Positions 11,033-20,725 of a stretch of 64,000 nt of DNA are shown here, in pieces. The notes beneath the pieces are model-generated. The model did not search any database. It saw only the letters and a list, made by a program, of their open reading frames with translations, and was not told the origin of the DNA. Made by a program: the position numbers and the translations under genes. The first letter of the stretch is position 1; the number at the start of each line of letters is the position of its first letter. Source of the stretch: an uncultured Gemmatimonadales bacterium (GTDB taxonomy: Bacteria; Gemmatimonadota; Gemmatimonadetes; Gemmatimonadales; GWC2-71-9); the NCBI GenBank assembly GCA_963795085.1, contig CAWCFX010000003.1, positions 320,001 through 384,000 of the forward strand, in the 5' to 3' direction.

Positions 11033-13006
11033 TCAAGGCACTGAATGGGTGCGTGCGGTCCCCACCAGGTTCGTGACCAGGTCCACCAGCTGGTCCGGCC
11101 CCACCGGTTTCTGGATGAACGGAATCGTTGCGACCCCGGCCTGGGCCTCCGGAATCGCGTCCAGCGGGTGACCCGACATCCAGCCCACCGGTTGCCGATA
11201 CCCGCGCTGCGCCATGTGTCGGGTGAGTTCGATGCCGGTCATGACCGGCATGATCAGGTCGGTCAACACCGCGGCGATACGGGGGCCATCCTGGGCCAGG
11301 CGGTCGAGCGCTTCTCCGCCGTCGCGGGCCTCGAGAACCTGGAAGCCGGCCCCCCGCAACGTCCGGACGAGAACCCGGCGGACCATTTCTTCGTCCTCGA
11401 CCAGCAGGATGCATTCTTCCAACCGGGGCACCGGGCCCGCGAGGGAACCCTGCGTCAGTTCGGGTCCCGGCGCATCGGCACTGGGAAGCAGCAGGGTGAA
11501 CGTCGTCCCCTCTCCCTCCCGGCTGGCCACGCGGATATGTCCCTGACTCTGGGTCACGATCCCGTGCACAGTGGCCAGACCGAGGCCGGTGCCTTTGCCG
11601 ACCGGCTTGGTGGTAAAGAACGGCTCGAAGATGTGGCTGAGATGGTCGGGAGAGATGCCGCATCCCGCGTCCGCGACCTGCAGCTCGACGTAGCGGCCGG
11701 CGGGAATGCGGTGGCCGTCCACCGGGTCGGCCTGGTCGGCATCGAGGATCCGGCCCAGCGTCCGGAACACCACCCGGCCCCCATCGGGCTGGGCGTCCCG
11801 GGCATTGATGGTCAGGTTCATCAGGACCTGAAGAAACTGGGTCCGGTCGATCCGGACCCATTTCCCGGCAGGGTCGAGGTCCAGCTGCATCTCGAAGGTG
11901 GGGCCGATCAGCCGCTGGAGGAGCGCCTGGGCTTCGAGCATCGCGGCATTGACGTCGAGGGTCTCGGGCGACAGCATCTGCTGACGGCTGAAGGCGAGCA
12001 GCTGCGCCACCAGGGACCGCATCCGGTCGGCCGCCTTGATGATCTCGCCGAGGTCCACCCGGCCCTGCGGCGACAGCCCCGAGTCCCGCTCCAGGAAGGT
12101 GGCAAAGCCCATGGTGGCCTGGAGCTGGTTGTTCAGGTCATGGGCCAGCCCGCCGGCCAGCCGGCCGATCGCTTCCATCTTGGTGTTCTGCCGGTTCTGC
12201 TCCTCCGCCGCGCGCCGGAGCTCCTCGGCCAGGCGGCGGTCGTGAATGTCGAGCGCGGTGCCGATGTATCCCAGGAACTCCCCGTCCTCGCCGAGACGGG
12301 GGACCCCGGTGTCCAGCATCCAGCGGTATTCGCCATCATGCCGGCGCAGCCGGTACTCCACCCAGAACCGCTCCCGCTTCTCGAAGGACCCATTATCGGA
12401 CTCGATCACCCGGGCCAGGTCGTCGGGGTGCACACCGTGCCGCCAGCCCCAGCCGATCTCCTGCGGCAGTTCCCGCCCGGTATACTCGAGCCACCCACGG
12501 TTGAACCAGTCGCAACGGTTCTCCCGGTCCGAGGTCCAGATAAAAACCGGCGCCGTGTCCGCCATGGTGCGAAACCGCAGTTCGCTTTCCGCCTGGTCCC
12601 GCTCGGCCCGCTTGCGGGCGGTGATATCGGTGGCGAAGACCGCGATCCCGACGTCGGTGGGATAGATGTAGTTATCGAACCACTGGTCGAAGGGTGCGTA
12701 GTAGTTTTCCACCTGGCGGGGCCGGCGGTCGGCGGCGGCGGCCAGCAGGGCGCGATAGTAATGGTTGCCGATCGCGTCGGGGAACAGGTCCCAGATCGAG
12801 CGGCCCAGCAGGTCCTCCCGGGATTTCCCGAGGATCTTGAGCGCGCCATCGTTGACGTAGGTATAGCGCCACTCCCGGTCGTACACGGCGAAGTGGTCCA
12901 CCAGGTCCGCCAGCACCTGGGCCAGGGCCTCCGGAGGCAGCGCCATCGCACTCCGGTCGGCGAAATCGTCCCCACCAGGGAATTGCAGGTTGGATGGATC
13001 TGGCAT
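11033..13006 (-). CDS. cytoplasmic PAS-PAS hybrid histidine kinase/response regulator
   Basis: PAS (VHPDD), AHDLNN, NARDA, FFTTK, GTGLGL, receiver LLVED/TDLIMP. Confidence 0.9.
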   Translation of the reverse strand: MPDPSNLQFPGGDDFADRSAMALPPEALAQVLADLVDHFAVYDREWRYTYVNDGALKILGKSREDLLGRSIWDLFPDAIGNHYYRALLAAAADRRPRQVENYYAPFDQWFDNYIYPTDVGIAVFATDITARKRAERDQAESELRFRTMADTAPVFIWTSDRENRCDWFNRGWLEYTGRELPQEIGWGWRHGVHPDDLARVIESDNGSFEKRERFWVEYRLRRHDGEYRWMLDTGVPRLGEDGEFLGYIGTALDIHDRRLAEELRRAAEEQNRQNTKMEAIGRLAGGLAHDLNNQLQATMGFATFLERDSGLSPQGRVDLGEIIKAADRMRSLVAQLLAFSRQQMLSPETLDVNAAMLEAQALLQRLIGPTFEMQLDLDPAGKWVRIDRTQFLQVLMNLTINARDAQPDGGRVVFRTLGRILDADQADPVDGHRIPAGRYVELQVADAGCGISPDHLSHIFEPFFTTKPVGKGTGLGLATVHGIVTQSQGHIRVASREGEGTTFTLLLPSADAPGPELTQGSLAGPVPRLEECILLVEDEEMVRRVLVRTLRGAGFQVLEARDGGEALDRLAQDGPRIAAVLTDLIMPVMTGIELTRHMAQRGYRQPVGWMSGHPLDAIPEAQAGVATIPFIQKPVGPDQLVDLVTNLVGTARTHSVP

Positions 13007-13215
13007 GCGCAGAAGTCTAGCAGCCACCCTTGCGCCCGCCAGTCAGGGTGCGGAAACAGCCGGGCGGAGCTATCCTGATTCGGACCTTGCTCCGGCCCTG
13101 CACTACCAACATTCCTGGAGGGTTTCGTGGGTCGCATCCCCATGCAGAGCCCGTTGCCTGGAATCACTCACGGCGGTGCCCCAGGGGCCACCGGACCAGC
13201 CTCTCACCGCGGCCA

Positions 13216-13893
13216 ATGACCCCGGCCCCCCTGGAGATCCGTTCCCTGGTGGTGGAAGACCACCCGTCGGCGCTCGACGTCCTGGGCGAGGCCTTCCAGG
13301 ACTACCCAGTCATGCGCTTTGTCCTGGGACCGGGTGGGGACTACCCCGGCCGGCTCCGGACCCTGGTCGGTTTCTTCCTGGCCGCCCGGGTGTTTCGCGG
13401 CGAGCCGCTGCTCGGCGCATTCCATGGCGACCACCTGGCCGGCGTCGCCATCATGAGCCTGCCAGGAGATACGCCTCCGCCGCCGGCGTTGCTCGAACGG
13501 CGCCAGGCGGTCTTCAGCGCCCTGGGCAGCGCCGAGCGCCAGCGCTATGAGGCCTATGGCGAGGCGAGCCGTACGCTCCACATCGCGGAACCTCACCATC
13601 ATCTCAACATGATCGGGGTGCGGCGCGCCCAGGCGGGAAAGGGCATCGGGCGCCGGCTGCTCGATGCCGTGACCACCCTGGCCGCCGCGGACCCCGGCTC
13701 CGCCGGCGTCTCCCTGGACACCGAGCGGGAGGACAACGTCCGGCTCTATGAGCATTGCGGATGGCGGGTGACGGGACACGCCCGGGTGGGACCGACCCTG
13801 GAAACCTGGGCAATGTTCCGGGCACGCGCCCCCCAGGCACCAGTGCGCGAGGCTGTTCCTCAACCTACCTTTCGCGGATGGAGGGAAACATGA
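13216..13893 (+). CDS. GNAT N-acetyltransferase
   Basis: IGVRRAQAGKGIG acetyl-CoA motif A, NVRLYEHCGW. Confidence 0.85.
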   Translation: MTPAPLEIRSLVVEDHPSALDVLGEAFQDYPVMRFVLGPGGDYPGRLRTLVGFFLAARVFRGEPLLGAFHGDHLAGVAIMSLPGDTPPPPALLERRQAVFSALGSAERQRYEAYGEASRTLHIAEPHHHLNMIGVRRAQAGKGIGRRLLDAVTTLAAADPGSAGVSLDTEREDNVRLYEHCGWRVTGHARVGPTLETWAMFRARAPQAPVREAVPQPTFRGWRET

Positions 13894-14750
13894 AGATCCT
13901 GGTAACCGGGGGCACCGGCACGGTCGGCTCGGCAGTGGTGGACGCACTCGCCGGTGCCGCCGAGATCAGCGTCCTGACGCGGGATGCGTCGAAATCCTCA
14001 CGCCTGCCGGCCGGAGTGGGCGCCGTGGTGGGGAACCTGCTGGACATCGGCGATATCCGCACCGTCTTCGAGGGCTTCGATGCCGTATTCCTCCTCAACC
14101 CGGTCGGTCCCACCGAAAACCACGAGGGGCTGCTGTCCGTCAACGGGATCCGCGACGCGGGGGTCAAGCGAGTCGTGTATCTCTCGGTGCAGGACGCCGA
14201 CCAGGCCGTCCACCTGCCTCACTTCGGGTCCAAGGTCCCCATCGAGATGGCCCTGGCGAAAAGCGGCATGACGTGGACGGTGCTTCGGCCGAACAATTTC
14301 TACCAGAACGACGTCTGGTTTCGGCAGGCAATCATGGAATACGGGGTGTACCCGCAGCCGCTCGGCAGCGCCGGACTCTCCCGGGTAGATGTCCGGGACA
14401 TCGGCGAAGCCGCCGCGGCCGCCTTTGCAGGAGGGGCCGATAACCGGATCGTCAACCTGGTCGGGCCCGAGTTACTCACCGGCGAAGGCAGCGCCCAGGC
14501 CTGGAGCAAGGCGCTGGGCCGAACGATCAAATATGCCGGAGATGACCTGGACAGCTGGGAAAAGGCCAATCTTTCCTATGGGATGCCCGCGACCACGGTC
14601 TATGATTTCCGGTTGATGTACCAGTGGTTCCAGAAGCACGGCCTCAAGGCCTCCAAGGAGGACCTCGGCTTTCTGGCCGGACTCCTTGGCCACCCGCCTC
14701 GCCGCTACGACGACTACGTCAGGGAGACGGTGCGGGAATGGGGCGGGTAG
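13890..14750 (+). CDS. NmrA-like NAD(P)H-binding protein
   Basis: ILVTGGTGTVG, LRPNNFYQN, VDVRDIG; ATGA overlap with GNAT stop. Confidence 0.88.
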   Translation: MKILVTGGTGTVGSAVVDALAGAAEISVLTRDASKSSRLPAGVGAVVGNLLDIGDIRTVFEGFDAVFLLNPVGPTENHEGLLSVNGIRDAGVKRVVYLSVQDADQAVHLPHFGSKVPIEMALAKSGMTWTVLRPNNFYQNDVWFRQAIMEYGVYPQPLGSAGLSRVDVRDIGEAAAAAFAGGADNRIVNLVGPELLTGEGSAQAWSKALGRTIKYAGDDLDSWEKANLSYGMPATTVYDFRLMYQWFQKHGLKASKEDLGFLAGLLGHPPRRYDDYVRETVREWGG

Positions 14751-15815
14751 TCAGTGGAGCAGCGCCGCGACCCGGTGTGCGATCCCGCTGGCGTCAACCC
14801 CCGCCAGGTTGTCCAGCACGATCACCGTGAGGCCCCGGTCCTCGTAGCGTACGATCGCCGAGGTGAAGCCCTGCCAGGACCCGCCGTGCTCGATCACCCG
14901 CTCGCCGTCCCGGGTCCCGATCCGCCAGCCGAAACCGTAGCCTGCCGTGGTACCATCGTTCAGCGCGACCGGGGACCAGAGTTGGTCATACGATGCCGGA
15001 CCGATCAGCCTCCGGTGGTGAAGCGCCGCCTCCCACTTCGCCAGGTCCAGCACGGTCAGGTACAACGCCCCGTCGGCGGTGGTGTTGACGCTGGGGGAGA
15101 CCCACTCCTGGTTCCGGAGCACGCCGTCCTTGAGCACATATCCCGCCGCCCGGTTGGCCACGATGTCTGCTTCGCTGATGACCCGGGCGGTGGCCATCCC
15201 CAGCGGCCGGAAGACCCGTTCCTGCAGAAAATCGCCGTAGAACTGGCCCGAGACCCTGCGAATGATGATGCCGAGGAGGACGTAGCCGAGGTTGCTGTAG
15301 TCCCAGCGCTCGCCGGGGCGGAAGGCCAGCGGGATCGCGTAGGCGCGCCGGAGCAGGTCGTCCTCGGTGTAGTCGAGCCGGAAATCGAAGTCGTCGGGGT
15401 AGTCGGTGGTGCCGCCGGTGTGGGTGAGCAGGTGGCGGATGGTGATTCCCTTCCAGGCGCCTGGCGCGTCCTCCAGATACCGGGTGATCGAATCAGCGAC
15501 GCCCAGCCTGCCCTCTTCCGCCAGCATCAGGATCGCCATGGCGGTGAACTGCTTCCCGACCGAGCCGGACTGGAAGATGGTCTCCGGTTTGACCGGCACC
15601 TGGTGTTCCACGTTGGCCAGGCCGTAGCCCCTGGCAAGGACGACCTCACCATTCTGCACCACCGCCACCGCCACTCCCGGCACCCGGGTCCGGCTCATCT
15701 CGGCGGCGACCACGGAGTCGACCCGGGCAGCGGGAAAGGGGGACTGGGCGGAAAGGGACGCAGCGCCAAGGATCCCGGCCGCCCCGGCCAGGATAGAAAT
15801 CCGCGGAACAGTCAT
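14751..15815 (-). CDS. serine hydrolase (class C beta-lactamase-like)
   Basis: SVGK, LLTHTGG, YSN, HGG motifs; signal peptide. Confidence 0.9.
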   Translation of the reverse strand: MTVPRISILAGAAGILGAASLSAQSPFPAARVDSVVAAEMSRTRVPGVAVAVVQNGEVVLARGYGLANVEHQVPVKPETIFQSGSVGKQFTAMAILMLAEEGRLGVADSITRYLEDAPGAWKGITIRHLLTHTGGTTDYPDDFDFRLDYTEDDLLRRAYAIPLAFRPGERWDYSNLGYVLLGIIIRRVSGQFYGDFLQERVFRPLGMATARVISEADIVANRAAGYVLKDGVLRNQEWVSPSVNTTADGALYLTVLDLAKWEAALHHRRLIGPASYDQLWSPVALNDGTTAGYGFGWRIGTRDGERVIEHGGSWQGFTSAIVRYEDRGLTVIVLDNLAGVDASGIAHRVAALLH

Positions 15816-15915
15816 AGGCCTTCGGCCATTCACCATTGGCTCCTGATCAGGGGTTCCCTGCCCCAGGCTTCCGCCTGGCTACCGCGCGGTTCTTCCGTCC
15901 TGATTCCCGCCCTGT

Positions 15916-18369
15916 TCACGGAATCGGAGCGCGGGGCCGGAACCGGACCAGGAAGAACCCTTCCTTCATGCTGGTGACGCCGACCACCCCGCTTTTGAAG
16001 AAGGGATAATTGCTCCAGCTGCCGGCGAAGCCGGCGGCGTCCTGGCCGAAGGGCACGGTATCGAAGTAGCCCACCTCGCGCGGGTTGACCGGATCGCTGA
16101 TGTCGAGAATCCGGAGGCCGGCCACGTAGTTGGACTGGTAGACGTGATTGCCCTTCACGTACAGGTTGTGGTCGGAGGCCGGGGTCGTCCCCAGGAATTC
16201 CTTCGCGACGATCGGGTCATCCAGGTCGGTGACGTCGAAGATCATGGTGCGGGTGGTCTTGGCGGTGCCGGCCAGCTCGTCGCCCTCGTCGTCGAGATAG
16301 AAATAGCGGTGGTCGTCGGAGAGCCAGCCCTGGTGGGCGTAGGCGACATTGGGATAGCTCACCCGGCTGATCGGCTTGGGGTTCTGCTTGTCGGTCACGT
16401 CGCCGATACCCACCGCGTTCTCGGAGGCGTTGAAGCAGATCTCCCGGCCCCGGTAGGTCTCGTCCGGGCCGTGGTAGGTGACGCACTGGGCATCGTGGGT
16501 GTAGCCGCTCTTGGCGAACCCGGTGGCCGGGTCGGCATAGCAGCCGGCGAACTTCGGACGGGCCGGGTCCCGGATGTCAATCATGTGGAGCGCCCCGCCG
16601 CAGGTTTCCCCTCCCATGCTGTTCCCCACCGTATACGCGTAGCCTGATTCCTCGTTGATCACGATATTGTGGGCGCTGTGGATCCGGTCGTAATGGGCGG
16701 TCTCCGTGAAGGTGGCCGGTTTGGTGGCGACAGTGAGCAGCTGCCGGAGATCGAAGATCTGGACGCCATGAGGACCGGCCCCGTCGGACACGATGTAGGC
16801 GTGGCTCTTGTAGACCTTGATGTCCCGCCAGAGGTTGGGCTGGGCGCCCTGGTGGAGCGGCAGCTGGCCGACATACACCGGGTTGGCCGGATCGGTCACC
16901 TCGACAAACGCGGTGCCATCCACCCGCCCTACCAGCGCGAACTCGCGGCCGCTCTCGGGGTCGGACCACCCCCACATGTCGTTCAGCATGATCCCGCGCT
17001 CGGCGCCGAGCGCGCTGTTGGGCATGAAGGCGACGAGATCGGTGTTGCTGCAATCGAACAGCCTGACGCGCCCGGAATCGCACTTGAGCTCCGCGCCGGT
17101 GATGGCAGGCAGGCCGGTCGAGAGCGTGTCGGCCACCATGCCCTCTTCCCGCCAGGGGGCCTCCGCCGCGGGCCGGCGGTAGAGATAGGCCGACCCCTCG
17201 AAGAACTGCGCCATCGGCGCCCCGGCCACCGCGACCCCGTTCTCCGCCGCGAGCGCGGCCCCCAGCTGGGTGCCGATCCCCATCCCCCGGGTCGTGAATT
17301 TCTGGGTCTCCTCGTAACCGCCCGCGGCGTTCCGCCGGAGCACGTGGATCGACCCGACGCCGCCGGTGAGGACCGCCCCGACCAGGAGATCGCCGCCATC
17401 GCGCGCGAGGGAGGCGCCGAAGAGCGCCGGTGCTTCCGGCGAGGCTGGACGGATCCGCCCCGTCTCCCGCCAGGCCGATCCCTCGGCGCGGAACTGGAGC
17501 ACCACGCCGGCGCCGCGGTCCGCGGTGGGACTGGAGACCAGGGCCTCGTTCTCGGCCAGCAGGAGCGCCGATCCAATGCCGCGGAGGGCGCTGTCGGCGG
17601 CGGCCAGCCGGGCCTCTTCGGACCAGCCGTTCGCCGTGCGGCGGAACAGGAAAGCCTGCCCTGGCCGCCGGCCGGCCGGCGGCCCCTGGCTGACGCCCGG
17701 GGGCGCCGATCAGCGCGCGGTCGCCGGACATCGAGATGGCGGCGCCAAACCGGTCGCCCGCCGCGATCCCCTTCCCGGCCAGGCGGCCCCGTTCCATCCA
17801 CTGGCCCGAGGCATCGCGCTCCCAGGCGATGACGGTGCCGGTCTGTTCGTCCCGGTCGGCCGCGCCCGCGAGGAGGACGTTGCCCGACAGGGCCACCGCG
17901 GAGCCCACCCGGTCGCCGGCGGCGGCATCCGTGGGGGAGAGCCGGGCCCGTTCGGTCCACCGGCCGGAGGCTTCCCGCTCAAAGACGTAAACGGCGCCGC
18001 GGCGTTCCGAGGCGCCCGGCGCGCTCACCGCCAGCCAGCTCCCGCTCACGGACATCGCCGCCCCGAAGCCGTCGCCCAGCGCATTGTCCCGCGACACCAG
18101 CATGGCGACCTCGGCCCACTTCCCGTCTCTCTCCCTTCGTGAAGGCATGAACCGCTCCCGGTCTGGCTGGGCGGCATCGGGAAGTTGGGCACCAGCCCGG
18201 CGCGGCCCACCAGGACCTGGTCGCCGGCGATGGCGACCGCCGTGCCGAATCCGATCAGGGGCGACGGCGATTCGGGTGCGCCGCGCCAGGTCTGGGCCGC
18301 CGCCGGCACGGCGACAAGTCCGAGCGCGAGGCCAAAGGCAGCGACGAGGGAGAGCGGAAGACGCTTCAT
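15916..18369 (-). pseudogene. choice-of-anchor B family secreted protein with FG-GAP repeats, split by frameshifts (probably assembly errors)
   Basis: Signal peptide (18369), FG-GAP repeats in a second frame, then NDMWGW/WRDIK/HNI/HDAQC/HQGW/HNLY/GSWSNYP domain in a third frame; shifts near 18125-18160 and 17700. Confidence 0.8.
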
Positions 18370-18500
18370 GGCTATCTCACTTGGGGATGGTTTGCGGATA
18401 GGGGATTATGGCACTGGGGAGGGAATTTGGGTACTGGGGAGACGCGATCTGGCCCGCGAGGTGTGATCCCGCCACTTCATGCCCCTTCTCGTTCGCCCAC

Positions 18501-19949
18501 CTAGGTGACCTCGATATTCATCATCATGCCCATGTCTTCGTGCTGCAGGTTATGGCAATGCAGGGGGAAGACCCCGCGGTAGGTGTCGAACCGGACCAGC
18601 ACTTCCACGGTTTCAAACGGCATGAGCAGGGCCGTGTCCTTCCATCCACTTTCGTACGGGTACACCGTGTTCCGTCCGCCCTGGCGGGAGACGACCTGGA
18701 ACTGGGTGCCGTGCAAGTGGACCGGGTGAGGCAACTCGCTGACGTTGATAAACCGCCACCGCTCCACCTGGCCGAGGGGAATCCGTTCGTCCACCCTCAG
18801 CATGTCGTAGGTCGTCCCGTTGATCTCATGCATGCCCAGGTGGGTGGACAGGACAAAGTCCCGGGTGATGTCGGAAGGTGGAAGGGCCGGGATATTCGAC
18901 AGGATCGCCGGCAAAGGCGGGTCGTCCCACTGCCCCGGCCCGGCGACGACCAGGTCGAGAAGGTCCATAGCCGTGCCCTGGGGGAATGGCTCTCCCGCAA
19001 CGGCATAGCCCGCGAAGGGCAGTGAGACGAGAGTGAGCCGCTCGCCGGGCGGAACGGTGGAGCAATCCACCAGGACGTCGGTCCGTTCCCCGACCCCCAG
19101 GTACAGGCGGTCCACCAGGGCGGCGGCGCGCAGCAGCCCGCCATCGGAGCCGATCACCGTGAGCGGGGCCCCGTTGGACAGTCCCAGGCAATAGACCCTG
19201 GCATGCGACGCGTTGAGGATCCGGAAACGATAGCGGTCGGCGGTCACGGTCAGCGCCGGGAGGCGCACCCCGTTGCCGAACGGGACATTCCCCAGCTGGC
19301 CGACCAGTTCATCTGTCGGGGTGGTCTGATACAGCAGGGGATTGGGCCCATCACCACGGCGATCCTGCAGGATCAGCAGGACTTCACGTTCACCACCGGG
19401 TAGCTCCAGCGCGTCTTCTTCGCCGTCGCCCACGATGAAGAACCCGGCGAGGCCGCGATGGATCTGGCCAGCCGTGCGGCGGTGGGCATGGGGATGGTAC
19501 CAGTAGGTGCCGGCACGCTGGACCAGTGGAAAGGAGTAGTCGTAGGTGGCGCCCGGGGAAATCGCCTGCCGCGGGTGCCCATCCGCCTGTGCGGGGACGA
19601 TCAACCCATGCCAGTGGACGATCGTGTCTTCCACCAGTCCGTTCACCAGGGTAATGCGGGCCAGGTCGCCGGTCCGGGCCCGAATCGTAGGACCCGGCAG
19701 CATGCCATTGAACAGCCAGGCGGGGAGGGGCGCGCCGTCTCCGATCGAGGCGAGTCCCGCGGACGCCGTCAGCGTGGCGGCCGTGGCGGCGAGCGAGCCG
19801 GGTTGCCGGAGGGTGCCGCGGCGGGGGTGGTTGGCTTCCAGCACATCGGAGCAGCTGACAAGGCCGGAGCCCCCCACTCCGGCCAGCCCGGCAAGTCCGG
19901 CGCCCACCACGCGCACGAAGTCCCGACGGCTGCGGGCGCCCCGGGCCAT
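18501..19949 (-). CDS. Tat-exported multicopper oxidase
   Basis: SRRDF Tat motif; HWHG, WYHPH, HPVHLHG, HCHNLQHEDMGMM copper ligands. Confidence 0.93.
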   Translation of the reverse strand: MARGARSRRDFVRVVGAGLAGLAGVGGSGLVSCSDVLEANHPRRGTLRQPGSLAATAATLTASAGLASIGDGAPLPAWLFNGMLPGPTIRARTGDLARITLVNGLVEDTIVHWHGLIVPAQADGHPRQAISPGATYDYSFPLVQRAGTYWYHPHAHRRTAGQIHRGLAGFFIVGDGEEDALELPGGEREVLLILQDRRGDGPNPLLYQTTPTDELVGQLGNVPFGNGVRLPALTVTADRYRFRILNASHARVYCLGLSNGAPLTVIGSDGGLLRAAALVDRLYLGVGERTDVLVDCSTVPPGERLTLVSLPFAGYAVAGEPFPQGTAMDLLDLVVAGPGQWDDPPLPAILSNIPALPPSDITRDFVLSTHLGMHEINGTTYDMLRVDERIPLGQVERWRFINVSELPHPVHLHGTQFQVVSRQGGRNTVYPYESGWKDTALLMPFETVEVLVRFDTYRGVFPLHCHNLQHEDMGMMMNIEVT

Positions 19950-19951
19950 GA

Positions 19952-20617
19952 TCAGTGCACCAGGACGGTGCCGGACATCGTGGGGTGAAAATCACACACG
20001 TAGTTGTACGTGCCAGGATGGGCAAACGTGCGCGAGCCGGACCCGTTCACGATGGACGGGATGTTGCTCGGTGAGCCCGCCGACACGAAAGTGATCGAAT
20101 GTTGGACGGCGCCGAACGTCCAGGTGACCTCGCCACCGGAGGCCAGATGCACGATGGCCGGCACATAGGCCGGCTGCGGGACGCCGGTGCTGCCGACGCC
20201 GGCCACTGAAGGAGGAACCTGCACCGTCACCGACATGGGGGTGGTCAGCGTCACAGTGCCCGCCTGCACCGTCGCAGTGATCTGGGCGGTGCCCGGCGCG
20301 ACCGCGGTCACCGTCCCCGCCGCGGAGACCGTCGCCACGGCGCTGTTGAGGCTCGCGAAGACGGGAGACCCGGCGCCTGCCAATGTCGCGGCGTTCTGAT
20401 CCCGGGGCGTCACGGTCAGCGTGACCGCGTTTCCCGGGGCCGTGTTCCAGATGGCCGCCTGGCTGGGGACAACCGAGAGGGTGGTGAGGACCGGCGCCGG
20501 CGGCTCGGTATTCGGTCCGCCATCGCCGCCACCGCAGGCCGCCAGGAAGGCCGCGGCCGCTATTGAGACGAGGCTCGGGCGGCGGAGTTTCGAGCCGGAA
20601 GGAAACGGTATGATCAT
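19952..20617 (-). CDS. lipoprotein with Ig-like and plastocyanin/cupredoxin domains
   Basis: Lipobox LAAC; Big_2-like VATVSAAGTVTAVAPGTAQIT; type-1 Cu ligands H...CDFHPTM. Confidence 0.82.
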   Translation of the reverse strand: MIIPFPSGSKLRRPSLVSIAAAAFLAACGGGDGGPNTEPPAPVLTTLSVVPSQAAIWNTAPGNAVTLTVTPRDQNAATLAGAGSPVFASLNSAVATVSAAGTVTAVAPGTAQITATVQAGTVTLTTPMSVTVQVPPSVAGVGSTGVPQPAYVPAIVHLASGGEVTWTFGAVQHSITFVSAGSPSNIPSIVNGSGSRTFAHPGTYNYVCDFHPTMSGTVLVH

Positions 20618-20663
20618 CGGGTGCTCCTCAGTGCAAGTGGGGTAGGGAATGATTTCCTGCCCC

Positions 20664-20716
20664 ATGCTATTCCGACCCGGGTATCCACGGGTTAGGTTGG
20701 AGTTACCTTCCGGTTA
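20664..20716 (-). promoter_or_regulatory. 11-bp-phased direct repeats plus -10 (putative SARP-type operator/promoter)
   Basis: Plus-strand GGTA/GTTA at 20680, 20691, 20702, 20713; TAGCAT on minus strand at 20664-20669. Confidence 0.55.
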
Positions 20717-20725
20717 AGAGGCGCG

